Origin: an uncultured bacterium
GTDB lineage: Bacteria > Patescibacteriota > Dojkabacteria > SC72
Length of the DNA stretch: 64,000 bases
Assembly (NCBI GenBank): GCA_903906305.1
Contig: CAIVJR010000005.1
Coordinates: forward strand, 6,485 to 70,484
Reading direction: 5' to 3'
The notes below the pieces were generated by a model. That model saw only the letters and a program-made list of their open reading frames with translations, was not told where the DNA came from and did not search any database. Positions 28,844-38,190 of this stretch are shown here, in pieces. The translations under genes were made by a program, and so were the position numbers. Numbering within the stretch: position 1 is the stretch's first letter; every line of letters starts with the position of its first letter.

Positions 28844-30715
28844 ATGAAAAAACTGTTCATATATATATTCAGTATTCTCTCCTTCTTCCTACTCTTCTCA
28901 ACCAAAGTATTAGCTAAATCCTCAGACTTTGTCATAGACTCAAACACAGATATCACATATACCACAGGAGAGACATTTGTATCAGTAATAACCAAATACA
29001 CAAGAACAGTAGCTAACAATGATTATTTCTACCCTGCTACTGGAGAAAAGGTTTTCAATATCCCTGACCTACCAAGTAGTACAGAAGAAGAAATAACTGC
29101 AGAAAGAAAATACAAACTAGATTCATTAAAGGTAACAAATTCCTTAGGAGGAACAGTAAAATATACCACTGAAGAACAAGCACAAGGCTCAGGAATATAT
29201 ATTAAAGTTCCTAATTACAAACAAACCACATCCAGTTCACCATATTCAATACAGATCGCTTACAATACTCATGACTTTGTTACTAAAGTAGCAAATTACA
29301 TAACACTTCAAGCCCCAGCATTACCTAAGGATGTCATATTTGAACAAACAGATACTACTACAAATACACAAACTACCTTTAACTATGGATTAAATATACT
29401 TGTAGATGACAAGATAGCTCCACTTGCAAAGGTATATCCTTCTCAATTCACTCAAGCTACAAAAAATGGTAAAACAACATACTCATTTGCTCAAGAAAAT
29501 CGAATTGGAAATTCACCATACATGGAGTTTGGAACATCCGTAACCTACAAATTTGCACTAACATATACCACACCAAAAACAGATACGTTAGTACCTGAGA
29601 GTTTAACTAATGTATTTAAATCTCTCTCCACAAATATATTTGAGATCTCCTTACCAAGAGAATTTGATGAAACAGATCAAAAGGTATATTTCACTAATGT
29701 ATCTCCTACTCCATCCAATATATATAAAGATGATGAAGGAAATATCATTGCATCATTTGAGGTACCAGCAAATACCATAGGGACCATAACCCTAGAAGGA
29801 TATATTGTCACAAATCAAGATGCATACAATACTACTCCAATCAATGTAAATATCGATTGGTCTAAATACAAAGAAACCATATCCAAAGCATCATATTTAA
29901 AGAACTATCTAAGTGCTACAAAGTATTGGCAGAGTAATGATGCAAATATTAAAGGAGAAGCTGAGAAGTTGATGGCCGACAAGGCGACGGTATTGGATAT
30001 CATAAAAGCAGACTATGCATATATTGGTGAGAAACTTACATACGATGACAACAAGGCAAATTCTGAAAACGAAAGAATCGGAGCAAAAGCAGCACTCGAG
30101 GGTGGTGCTTCTGTATGTATGGAATATGCAGATTTAATGATTGCTCTACTTAGAGCTCAGGGTATTCCTGCTAGAGCAGCTTTAGGATATGCAAATATTA
30201 CTGAAACTCAGGAAGCTCAAGTAAGACATCAATGGGTACAGGTTTGGATTCCAGATTACGGTTGGTATTCTGTAGATCCTACTCTAGAGAGTAACAATAT
30301 GAGGTTGGGACAGAGTATTGATCGTGTGCTTTGGGAGGTTTTTAATGGTGATACACTTTCAAATATTAAGGTGTTTTCTGCAGACAATATTGATGTGTTA
30401 ACTACAGATGGGTATAACCTAAATATATATGGCGTTAGTGATACGGATATTGATTTTACCAAGTTACAGACATATACCGATTTAGTACCAGAGAAAGGAT
30501 ATGAATCTACAGAGGATATTCCCTCTTCTAGTAAGTATGGGTTTGGTCAATGGTTAAATACATTCCTTAAGACTACTACAATTGGTAAGGCAGTTATAAT
30601 CACGGGTCCTGTTATTATCCTTGTATTGGTAGTTTCAGTTATTGTAGCTGTTACTAAGAATACGGTTAGAAGAATGAAGAGGAAGAAATTGAATAGTACA
30701 ACTATTCAAGGGTAA
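28844..30715 (+). CDS. Secreted, C-terminally anchored transglutaminase-like protein
   Basis: Signal peptide; VCMEYA, LRAQGIPAR, HQWVQV, DPT catalytic Cys-His-Asp; C-terminal TM. Confidence 0.92.
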   Translation: MKKLFIYIFSILSFFLLFSTKVLAKSSDFVIDSNTDITYTTGETFVSVITKYTRTVANNDYFYPATGEKVFNIPDLPSSTEEEITAERKYKLDSLKVTNSLGGTVKYTTEEQAQGSGIYIKVPNYKQTTSSSPYSIQIAYNTHDFVTKVANYITLQAPALPKDVIFEQTDTTTNTQTTFNYGLNILVDDKIAPLAKVYPSQFTQATKNGKTTYSFAQENRIGNSPYMEFGTSVTYKFALTYTTPKTDTLVPESLTNVFKSLSTNIFEISLPREFDETDQKVYFTNVSPTPSNIYKDDEGNIIASFEVPANTIGTITLEGYIVTNQDAYNTTPINVNIDWSKYKETISKASYLKNYLSATKYWQSNDANIKGEAEKLMADKATVLDIIKADYAYIGEKLTYDDNKANSENERIGAKAALEGGASVCMEYADLMIALLRAQGIPARAALGYANITETQEAQVRHQWVQVWIPDYGWYSVDPTLESNNMRLGQSIDRVLWEVFNGDTLSNIKVFSADNIDVLTTDGYNLNIYGVSDTDIDFTKLQTYTDLVPEKGYESTEDIPSSSKYGFGQWLNTFLKTTTIGKAVIITGPVIILVLVVSVIVAVTKNTVRRMKRKKLNSTTIQG

Positions 30716-30737
30716 ATATATCATTTTACAAACATAA

Positions 30738-30803
30738 GAAGATAACCAGGGGTGTTCTATATAAATACAAAACACCCCAATGGTGAAGTTTTTGGTTATC
30801 TTC
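30738..30803. terminator. Long nested hairpin between convergent genes
   Basis: GAAGATAACCA/TGGTTATCTTC outer stem, GGGGTGTT/AACACCCC inner stem. Confidence 0.7.
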
Positions 30804-30805
30804 AA

Positions 30806-31087
30806 CTAAAATACTAGCTGCAGAAGTGGGACTCCCAGAATAATCCAAGGAATCATCACAAGAATAGCTACAATTTGTCCTAACATTGCTAATATTGTAG
30901 AAATTCCGGCTTTCTCTTTATGGACAAAGATAATTAGTAACGATGCACAAATTATAATCGTAGTACCAATGATTACACGGCAAAATAATGATTGTGCAAT
31001 CTGTGGCATAGAAAAAGCAGCCAAAGCAAAAACTAATTCTACAAAAGCTGGTATTGATTGAAGTGCATATTTCAAATTCTTTTTCAT
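30806..31087 (-). CDS. Small 3-TM membrane protein (cassette gene)
   Basis: 93 aa, AGGAGG SD, long leader with boxA. Confidence 0.75.
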   Translation of the reverse strand: MKKNLKYALQSIPAFVELVFALAAFSMPQIAQSLFCRVIIGTTIIICASLLIIFVHKEKAGISTILAMLGQIVAILVMIPWIILGVPLLQLVF

Positions 31088-31220
31088 GTCTCCTCCTGAG
31101 AAAACATCCTAAATTTCCCCACACACGCGTGTGAAGTTTTATTGGATAACCAAAACAAAGAGATAAATACATCTTTAAATGAACAAAGTCATAAAGAAAA
31201 TCTCCTTGTGTTTGAAAATG

Positions 31221-31262
31221 ATATTTTTAAAGAGCAGTTATTCTTTAACTACTCTATTATAC
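31221..31262 (-). promoter_or_regulatory. Promoter -10 plus boxA; repeated at 61654-61693
   Basis: GTATAATAGAGTAGTTAAAGAATAACTGCTCTTTAAAAATAT on the minus strand. Confidence 0.7.
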
Positions 31263-31303
31263 CTTTTTTAAAGGGAAACCTCAACGCTATGGGCCCTGTC
31301 CGT

Positions 31304-32815
31304 CTAAGTTATCTCATACATCTTTTCAAGATCTACCGCGCTTTTACCATTCTCTAGCCTATCATCCGCAGTAGCATACATAGTAAACAAAACATCCCCC
31401 TTAGACACAGCCTCACCCGGCATTTTGTGAATATATAGTCCAGCCTCCTTAATACGAGGACAACCCAAAGCCCTAGCAATATTAACAATCTCAACACTAC
31501 TAATCATCTTAACAGTACCATCCTTAGTAGACACAACCTCAGCGCTAAGATTCCCTGCCTTAATCTCACTAGACTTAGTTATCTTCTTTGCACCCTGTGC
31601 AAAACCAATCTCCCAGAACTTCTCATATGCTTTCTTCGAATCCAAAAGTGTTTGAGCAAGTACTTTACCCTCCCCCTCAGTGGAGATACCCGTAGCTTCA
31701 AACAATATACCCGCCATATCTATGACTACTCTTTCCATTTCCAATGATGCACTGCTGTCTCTTTCAAGTATCTTCAAAGCTTCAATGATCTCAAGGTTAG
31801 GACCAATACCCCTACCATCAGGGCCATTAACCTTACGAGTAGTCGTTTCACACTCAATACCAAATTTCTTAAACAGTTTCTTAAATTCCTTAGCCAATTT
31901 GAATACATCCTCAGTAACCTCAACCTTACTACCCTTACCATATGGAAGATCGATTAAAATATTCTCAATACCCAATGCAACCTTCTTAGCTACAATACTC
32001 ACAAGTACCTTTTGATATTCTTGGATACGAAGAGATCTTTCAACATTAATAATTACATCATCTGCAGGAGATATACTCAAAGAACCACCCCAGAACAAAC
32101 AACCACCCGTCTTCTCTACAACCTTCATTATTTCCTCCTCAGTGAGCGATACAGGCATAATAACCTCTAAGATGTCTGATGTGCCAGAGGGAGATGTAAT
32201 TGCTCTAGAAGAGGTATTAGGGACGATCAAACCACCAGCTACAAGTATGGGTACTAATACAGGAGTAACACCCTTTCCCGCAACACCACCAATCGAGTGT
32301 TTGTCTGCAATGACACTACCCTTACCTTTAAATTTTTTAAATGACAATGAATCCCCAGACTGTGCCATACCCTGTGTCATCCAATATATCTCCTCATCAT
32401 TGAAACCTGGATTAAAGAATGTAGAAATGAAGAAAGCGATTTCTGTTTCTCTCAATCTACGAGATGCAATCTCTTTCATAATGAGTTCTAAATCTTCCTT
32501 TGTCAGGTCATGCCCTAAGAGTTTTCTACTTATGGCCTCGAGTGCTTTACTTCGTTCAGGAATATCCACAAATACAGTACTACCTTCCACAATCAGATAC
32601 TCCTTCCAAATCTCTTCAAACAATCCAATTTCACCCTGATGTACTCTCTCCTCTGTTTCTAAAACATTGGCATACAGATCAGCATCCCCTATTCCAAGGT
32701 ATACCAATTCCCCTTCTTTTACTCCAATTTTTTCAGCATCTTTCCTATGTAAAACAACATTAAAGCTATTATCCTCGCCCAAATCCAATATTTTGCTTCT
32801 TAAGTAGAAAGACAT
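31304..32815 (-). CDS. AMP phosphorylase (thymidine phosphorylase family, archaeal type)
   Basis: N-terminal extension; DKHSIGGVAG, TSSRAITSPSGTSD, LSISPADD, GRGIGP..E. Confidence 0.92.
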   Translation of the reverse strand: MSFYLRSKILDLGEDNSFNVVLHRKDAEKIGVKEGELVYLGIGDADLYANVLETEERVHQGEIGLFEEIWKEYLIVEGSTVFVDIPERSKALEAISRKLLGHDLTKEDLELIMKEIASRRLRETEIAFFISTFFNPGFNDEEIYWMTQGMAQSGDSLSFKKFKGKGSVIADKHSIGGVAGKGVTPVLVPILVAGGLIVPNTSSRAITSPSGTSDILEVIMPVSLTEEEIMKVVEKTGGCLFWGGSLSISPADDVIINVERSLRIQEYQKVLVSIVAKKVALGIENILIDLPYGKGSKVEVTEDVFKLAKEFKKLFKKFGIECETTTRKVNGPDGRGIGPNLEIIEALKILERDSSASLEMERVVIDMAGILFEATGISTEGEGKVLAQTLLDSKKAYEKFWEIGFAQGAKKITKSSEIKAGNLSAEVVSTKDGTVKMISSVEIVNIARALGCPRIKEAGLYIHKMPGEAVSKGDVLFTMYATADDRLENGKSAVDLEKMYEIT

Positions 32816-32832
32816 AACTAGTTAGTAAAAAA

Positions 32833-33780
32833 TTATCTATCAAATATCCAAGGATATTTCTCCTTGACTACTGCGTCCACTTCAGACGGTTTAACTATAC
32901 CAAATTCTGTCACAAAACCAGTAATTAGGACATTATCCACAATCTCAAATGCCGGATTATATATCTCCAAACCCTTAGGAGCATCTGGCCATATCTCTGA
33001 GTCTTCTCTTACTTCAATTTCAATATTTCCGATGTATGAGCTTTCATCAATTTTAAGCAAAGGCGTAATTATATATACCGGTTTATCTGCATAGTGAGCA
33101 CTCATGGCTATACTCCAGCTTCCTATCTTGTTTATGACATGGCCACCTTTGACGATCTGATCACACCCTATGAATACTGTGTCTACAAGGACATTTCCAC
33201 GACCAATTATGAATGAGTCCGCAGCACTATCTGTAATCATCGTTGTTTTAATTCCTGCATTCACTAAATTCTTTGCAGTAATCCTGCCCTGCATTCTTGG
33301 TCTAGTTTCTGTGCACACTACCTCAAACTCCTTATCCTTATGTGACAATTCTTTGATCAATGTTTCTACCGTTGAAGAGTGACAATGTGTAAAAATATTG
33401 TCGTAGTTTTTGAGGTAATCCTTTGACTTATCCACAATACTCTTCTTAGTTTCGGAAATCATATCAAGGTACTGAGCGCATAGCTCATCAAGCCTTGGTT
33501 TCATAGTGGACACCTCTGGTAAAACAGGGAACTCTTTGTCAAAGAAGTACTTTATGAACCTTACCCCATTTTTAGCTAATGGTTCATTAGGTCTAGCTTT
33601 TGAAAGCTTGTCCCCTACCTGAAAGAATTCATCATGTATCTTTTGTTTGTCTGTTTCTTTGGTTAAGGAGAGATACAATTTCATTCCTTCGAACACTGCA
33701 ATGGCAACATTGGTTGCCCCTTGGATGTTCAACTTTTGTATATCCTCATATATTTTGTCTATCTGTGTGTATACTTCCAT
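32833..33780 (-). CDS. Ribose-1,5-bisphosphate isomerase (eIF2B family)
   Basis: IQGATNVA, ARPNEP, THCHSST, TETRPRMQG, NKIGS, NPAFE; adjacent to AMP phosphorylase. Confidence 0.9.
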   Translation of the reverse strand: MEVYTQIDKIYEDIQKLNIQGATNVAIAVFEGMKLYLSLTKETDKQKIHDEFFQVGDKLSKARPNEPLAKNGVRFIKYFFDKEFPVLPEVSTMKPRLDELCAQYLDMISETKKSIVDKSKDYLKNYDNIFTHCHSSTVETLIKELSHKDKEFEVVCTETRPRMQGRITAKNLVNAGIKTTMITDSAADSFIIGRGNVLVDTVFIGCDQIVKGGHVINKIGSWSIAMSAHYADKPVYIITPLLKIDESSYIGNIEIEVREDSEIWPDAPKGLEIYNPAFEIVDNVLITGFVTEFGIVKPSEVDAVVKEKYPWIFDR

Positions 33781-33781
33781 A

Positions 33782-35209
33782 CTACTTTAATTCAAATTCT
33801 TCATTAACATTAGGTACTATCGTTTCGATCTGTGTATCTTTGTAAATTTTGTCTGCAAATTCTTCTGCTACCTGTTCATCACCATGAGTTATGAATATTT
33901 GCTTTGGAGTATGTCCAAAACTTCCTAACCAGTATGACAAATCTCGTTCATCACCATGGGCAGAGAATCCTCCCAGAGTATGTACTTGTGCATTGTTTTC
34001 ATATTCTCTTCCGAATATTCTTACAACTCTCTCACCATCCATAATCTTTCTCCCCAATGTCCCTTGTACCTGATATCCAACAAAGACTACATGGGTTTTA
34101 CTGTTTTCAATATTGTTCTTAAGATGATGCATAATTCTTCCACCTGTACACATTCCACTTCCTGCCATAATGACTATTCCTCGCTTGGATATTAATCGTT
34201 TTGATTCTTCAGCATCCTCAACTATATGCAATCCTGGGAAATCAAATGGATCGTCTCCTTTGTTTAGTAATCGTTTAGCATCCTCATCGTAAAAATCTGG
34301 ATATTGTTTGAATATGGCAGTAGCTTTTGAAGCCATTGGACTGTCTAGATATATTGGCAAACCCGAGAGTAAGCGTTGTTCTACAAAGAGATTAATTTCA
34401 TACAATATCTCCTGAGCTCGTTCAATTGCAAAGGTTGGAATGAGTACAACACCTTCACTCTTTTGTGCTTGTTGTAATATGGCAAGTAATTCTAAAAGTG
34501 TTTCATTTCTGTCTCTGTGTAACCTATTCCCATATGTGGATTCACAAATGACATAGTCTGCTTCGCGGATTAGGTCTGGATCTTTTACAATACGTGCACC
34601 TGGTTGACCTAGGTCTCCAGAGAATACAATTTTTCTAGTTCTCTCTGCCTCATTTTTTACCCAAAACTCTATGCTTGCAGAACCAATGATATGTCCAGCA
34701 TCTCTGAGTCTGAATTCAAAATGATTGTTAATATTTACTGATGTGCTGTATGGATATACCTCAAAGAGTTGAGCCATTGCTTCGACGTCTTCGGTAGTGA
34801 ATAGTGGTTTTCGATTTGTATAGAAGGATTCTTCTTCTACCTCTGCTTCGGTCATTCCTCCTTCTTTTGCCCTTGAGGTCCATCTTTCATAGTCTTCTGC
34901 CTGAATATGTGCAGCATCTAGGAGTACTACCTTAGCTAGATCTCTAGTTGGTTGAGTACATACTATTCTTCCATGGAATCCTTGTTTTACAAGAACTGGT
35001 AATCTTCCACAGTGATCAAAGTGTGCATGGGTTAGGAATACAAAATCTAATGTAGCAGGATCAAAAGGAAAGGCTTCATAGTTCATTGCTTCATTCTCAT
35101 GGGAGCCTTGATATGCTCCACAGTCTACGATGAATTTTAGTTCTCCAGTATCTACGTAATAGCAGGATCCAGTAACGTTTTTAGCAGCTCCACAGAATTT
35201 TAACTTCAT
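33782..35209 (-). CDS. MBL-fold beta-CASP ribonuclease
   Basis: VTGSC, LTHAHFDHCG, AGHIIGS, SGDLG, ESTYG.R.H, GSGMCTGGR, FSAHGD, HG. Confidence 0.93.
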   Translation of the reverse strand: MKLKFCGAAKNVTGSCYYVDTGELKFIVDCGAYQGSHENEAMNYEAFPFDPATLDFVFLTHAHFDHCGRLPVLVKQGFHGRIVCTQPTRDLAKVVLLDAAHIQAEDYERWTSRAKEGGMTEAEVEEESFYTNRKPLFTTEDVEAMAQLFEVYPYSTSVNINNHFEFRLRDAGHIIGSASIEFWVKNEAERTRKIVFSGDLGQPGARIVKDPDLIREADYVICESTYGNRLHRDRNETLLELLAILQQAQKSEGVVLIPTFAIERAQEILYEINLFVEQRLLSGLPIYLDSPMASKATAIFKQYPDFYDEDAKRLLNKGDDPFDFPGLHIVEDAEESKRLISKRGIVIMAGSGMCTGGRIMHHLKNNIENSKTHVVFVGYQVQGTLGRKIMDGERVVRIFGREYENNAQVHTLGGFSAHGDERDLSYWLGSFGHTPKQIFITHGDEQVAEEFADKIYKDTQIETIVPNVNEEFELK

Positions 35210-35271
35210 TTAGGCAGGTTTAGTTAATTAAGCTATGTATATGATAGAGGAAAAAGGAGTTAATTCCAACC

Positions 35272-35535
35272 CTACTTGAATGACATTACCACAAATCCTA
35301 ATTCATCAATATCTTCCTGACTCCAGAATCTTAAATCCTTAGTTTTCATTACAAAGGTAACTGTTTTTTCCATCTGTCTCCCGGTATATTCCTTGATTTC
35401 AGAATCCCATTCCCTCAATACTAATACATCCCCTACTTCACATTCAAATTCAGCTATTCTTAAATCAAAATTCTTTTCTCCATTGAGTACTTTTTCAAAA
35501 AGATCTGGTACTGTCTTTTTCTCAATCCTTCTCAT
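35272..35535 (-). CDS. ASCH/PUA-fold (DUF3850-like) protein
   Basis: F..VL.G.K.FDLR...VGD.LVLREWD...YTGR. Confidence 0.85.
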   Translation of the reverse strand: MRRIEKKTVPDLFEKVLNGEKNFDLRIAEFECEVGDVLVLREWDSEIKEYTGRQMEKTVTFVMKTKDLRFWSQEDIDELGFVVMSFK

Positions 35536-35557
35536 ATATATATTTAGAAAAATTAAT

Positions 35558-36982
35558 TTAAATATTTGCTAATTTCTTAGCATTTTCAATCAATTTCTCC
35601 TTGGTATTGAGCATTGGGTCTTCTAGTACCATGTCTAGTAATTCTTTCAATATTTTTCCTAATTCAGGACCTCTTTCAATACCAATACTTACTAAATCTT
35701 CTCCTGTAATCTTTAAATCTGCCACCTTGAATGCCATATCTTGTTGCAACACGGTAGATATTCTTTGTTGAAGCAATGTAATTTCTTCTGGTTTAAAAGC
35801 AGTCATTGGATTGGATTGAGCATCGGCCAAACGTAGCTTAAACAGGTCATCAATGTTGTCGATTCCTACTCTTTGTATGAATCTTCTAACAGCAGAATCG
35901 GACCATTGGTGTAATTCAATATTGTTCTTCTCCTCTTCAGTCATATCATCTTGCATGTGTGGGTAGTAGAACATATGGTTCTTGATTAACAATATCACTC
36001 GCTTTACTTCTGCTTGTGGGAATTTCATTCTTCTTAATATCTCTTCTACCATCTGTGCACCCATTGCATCATGACCATAGAAATGGCCATTCCCCATATC
36101 TGTCCTTGGTTTTGCGATATCATGTAGCAAGGCTGCGAGTTTTACACTGTCATGTGCAGAGTCGCATGTTCTAAGGCTATGCCAATATACATCATCGCTA
36201 TGGAACATTTTTTGTTCTACACCTAAACCTTCTAGAAGTTCTGGCATGAACAATCGGAGTAATCCGGCCTGTCGCATTAAATCTATGCCTACAGATGGCT
36301 TAGAAGACTTTAAAAGGGTCTTCATGAATTCATCTCGGATACGTTCCATGGATACTTGAGCTGCCACTGGCACGCACTCAACTATGGCTTTGAATGTTTC
36401 TTCGTCAATCTCAAAACCAATCTGGGAAGCTAGTCTGCATGCTTTAAAAGCACGAAGTCCATCTTCTTTAAATCTTTCTAATGGTGTGCCAACTGCACGT
36501 ATTTTCTTCAATTCGATATCCTTAATACCATCATATGGATCGTATACCTCCACCTCTATCTCTTCTTTACTTCCTTCTAGATCAAGACTTCCTAGGTCTA
36601 TTGCCATTGCATTAATGGTGAAATCTCTCCTACCCAAATCCTTATCTATCTCCTTTACAAATTCAATATTTGTAGGCCATCGTCCATCAATGTAGTCGGA
36701 TTCACTTCTAAATGTTGTAACTTCTACTTCCATTGTTTCTCCATGACTGTCTTGGACCAATGCCATAACGGTACCGAATTTAGCACCAACAGATACTGAT
36801 TTAGGAAATATATTTAGCATTTCATCAGGTAATGCATCTGTAGCAAGATCGTAATCATGAGGGTCTAATCCCATGACAACATCTCGTACAGCACCTCCAA
36901 CAAGGTAGCATTCAAAGCCCTCTTTACTGAGCATTCTACTTACTTTTTGTACATATTCTGGAATTTGTATTCTTACTTTCAT
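35558..36982 (-). CDS. cca: CCA-adding tRNA nucleotidyltransferase with HD domain
   Basis: VGGAVRD, DYDLAT, RRDFTINA, RFKEDGLR, LLHDIAKP, FYGH. Confidence 0.93.
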   Translation of the reverse strand: MKVRIQIPEYVQKVSRMLSKEGFECYLVGGAVRDVVMGLDPHDYDLATDALPDEMLNIFPKSVSVGAKFGTVMALVQDSHGETMEVEVTTFRSESDYIDGRWPTNIEFVKEIDKDLGRRDFTINAMAIDLGSLDLEGSKEEIEVEVYDPYDGIKDIELKKIRAVGTPLERFKEDGLRAFKACRLASQIGFEIDEETFKAIVECVPVAAQVSMERIRDEFMKTLLKSSKPSVGIDLMRQAGLLRLFMPELLEGLGVEQKMFHSDDVYWHSLRTCDSAHDSVKLAALLHDIAKPRTDMGNGHFYGHDAMGAQMVEEILRRMKFPQAEVKRVILLIKNHMFYYPHMQDDMTEEEKNNIELHQWSDSAVRRFIQRVGIDNIDDLFKLRLADAQSNPMTAFKPEEITLLQQRISTVLQQDMAFKVADLKITGEDLVSIGIERGPELGKILKELLDMVLEDPMLNTKEKLIENAKKLANI

Positions 36983-38132
36983 AGTTCCTCCTTAATATAT
37001 ACCAAGAATACCAAAGAAGCACATCTACAACAAGTAAGCCTAGTAAAGGCCATACTCCCCTACCTGTTTTGGGTAAAACAATATCAGAAGTTCCTAATAC
37101 ATCTCCTGTTTCCTCTTCTTCTACGACACTCGCCTCAATATTTTCAATATGTTTTGTTTCTGATAAGACCATTGGTTGCGAAATCATGGTATATGGTATT
37201 CGTTTAATGCAAAAACTCTCTCTTTCTGGTTGTACAGAAGCCCCAGGTATAATTCCACCATCCCTATATGCATATACCGGTATCGCATCGGTTTGAGTAT
37301 ATGTATAATAAGGAGAACCATATATTGCGCATACTTGCTTAACATTTGGATTGTATATCTCAAAACTTCCTAATTTCTCAGATATTTCTGGTATTGAGAA
37401 TTCTACTATGTGCTCTTGGTTTGCTGCCAAATTGAAAGTCTTTTCAAATGATCCATATGTAAACTTCAAATTGTTTAAATATTCATTGCTTGTATTTTGG
37501 ATATATATTTTAAAATCCACACCCCCACTTCCATTGGCAGTAGCTTGTATATCATCAATACTCAAAGGATTTTTAATACTTACGCTATCCAGTGAATATG
37601 CTCCGCTTCCTCCATTTGAGATATTCCCTAATCCTGCATATTCCCGGTATATTCCCGATTTAATTAGGTTCTGAGCAGAATATTTAAATCCAAGATTACC
37701 ATCTACAAATTCTGGTATATCCAAAATTTGAGTTAGGTCTCCATTTTCTTTAATATTTCTACTCAAAACCCAATCTATTTCTGAGATATCTACACTATGC
37801 CCTGTACTATTCCTGTACAGGTAGACTATGTCTACCTGTGTGCCTGGAGGCGCATCGATATGGTCAGCTACCATTGGAATGCGTCTTGTGTTGTCAAAAT
37901 CTGTGAAAGATTCTAAATTGGAATTGAGTATGGATTCAGTATTTTCTGCTAGAAAATCCCCTTTGTTGTAGCGGATATTCTCTATTTCTGGATATCCATT
38001 TACCCCAAACGCTATGGTCTGAGAATATTGATTACTGGAGGTATCTCCATTTCCATCAAAGTTATCCGCGTATACTGGGGTAGCGAATATGATGAAGAAG
38101 TAGAGAATCATTTTAAGTATTTTTCGAAACAT
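36938..38132 (-). CDS. Secreted surface protein with LPxTG-like sorting signal
   Basis: Signal peptide; C-terminal LPKTG + hydrophobic segment + RR; stop overlaps the cca start (ORF track end 36936). Confidence 0.75.
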
Positions 38133-38190
38133 AATGTTTAAAACTAATAATTTAGTATTTAAACATTACAGTACAAAAATGAAATTTCCC

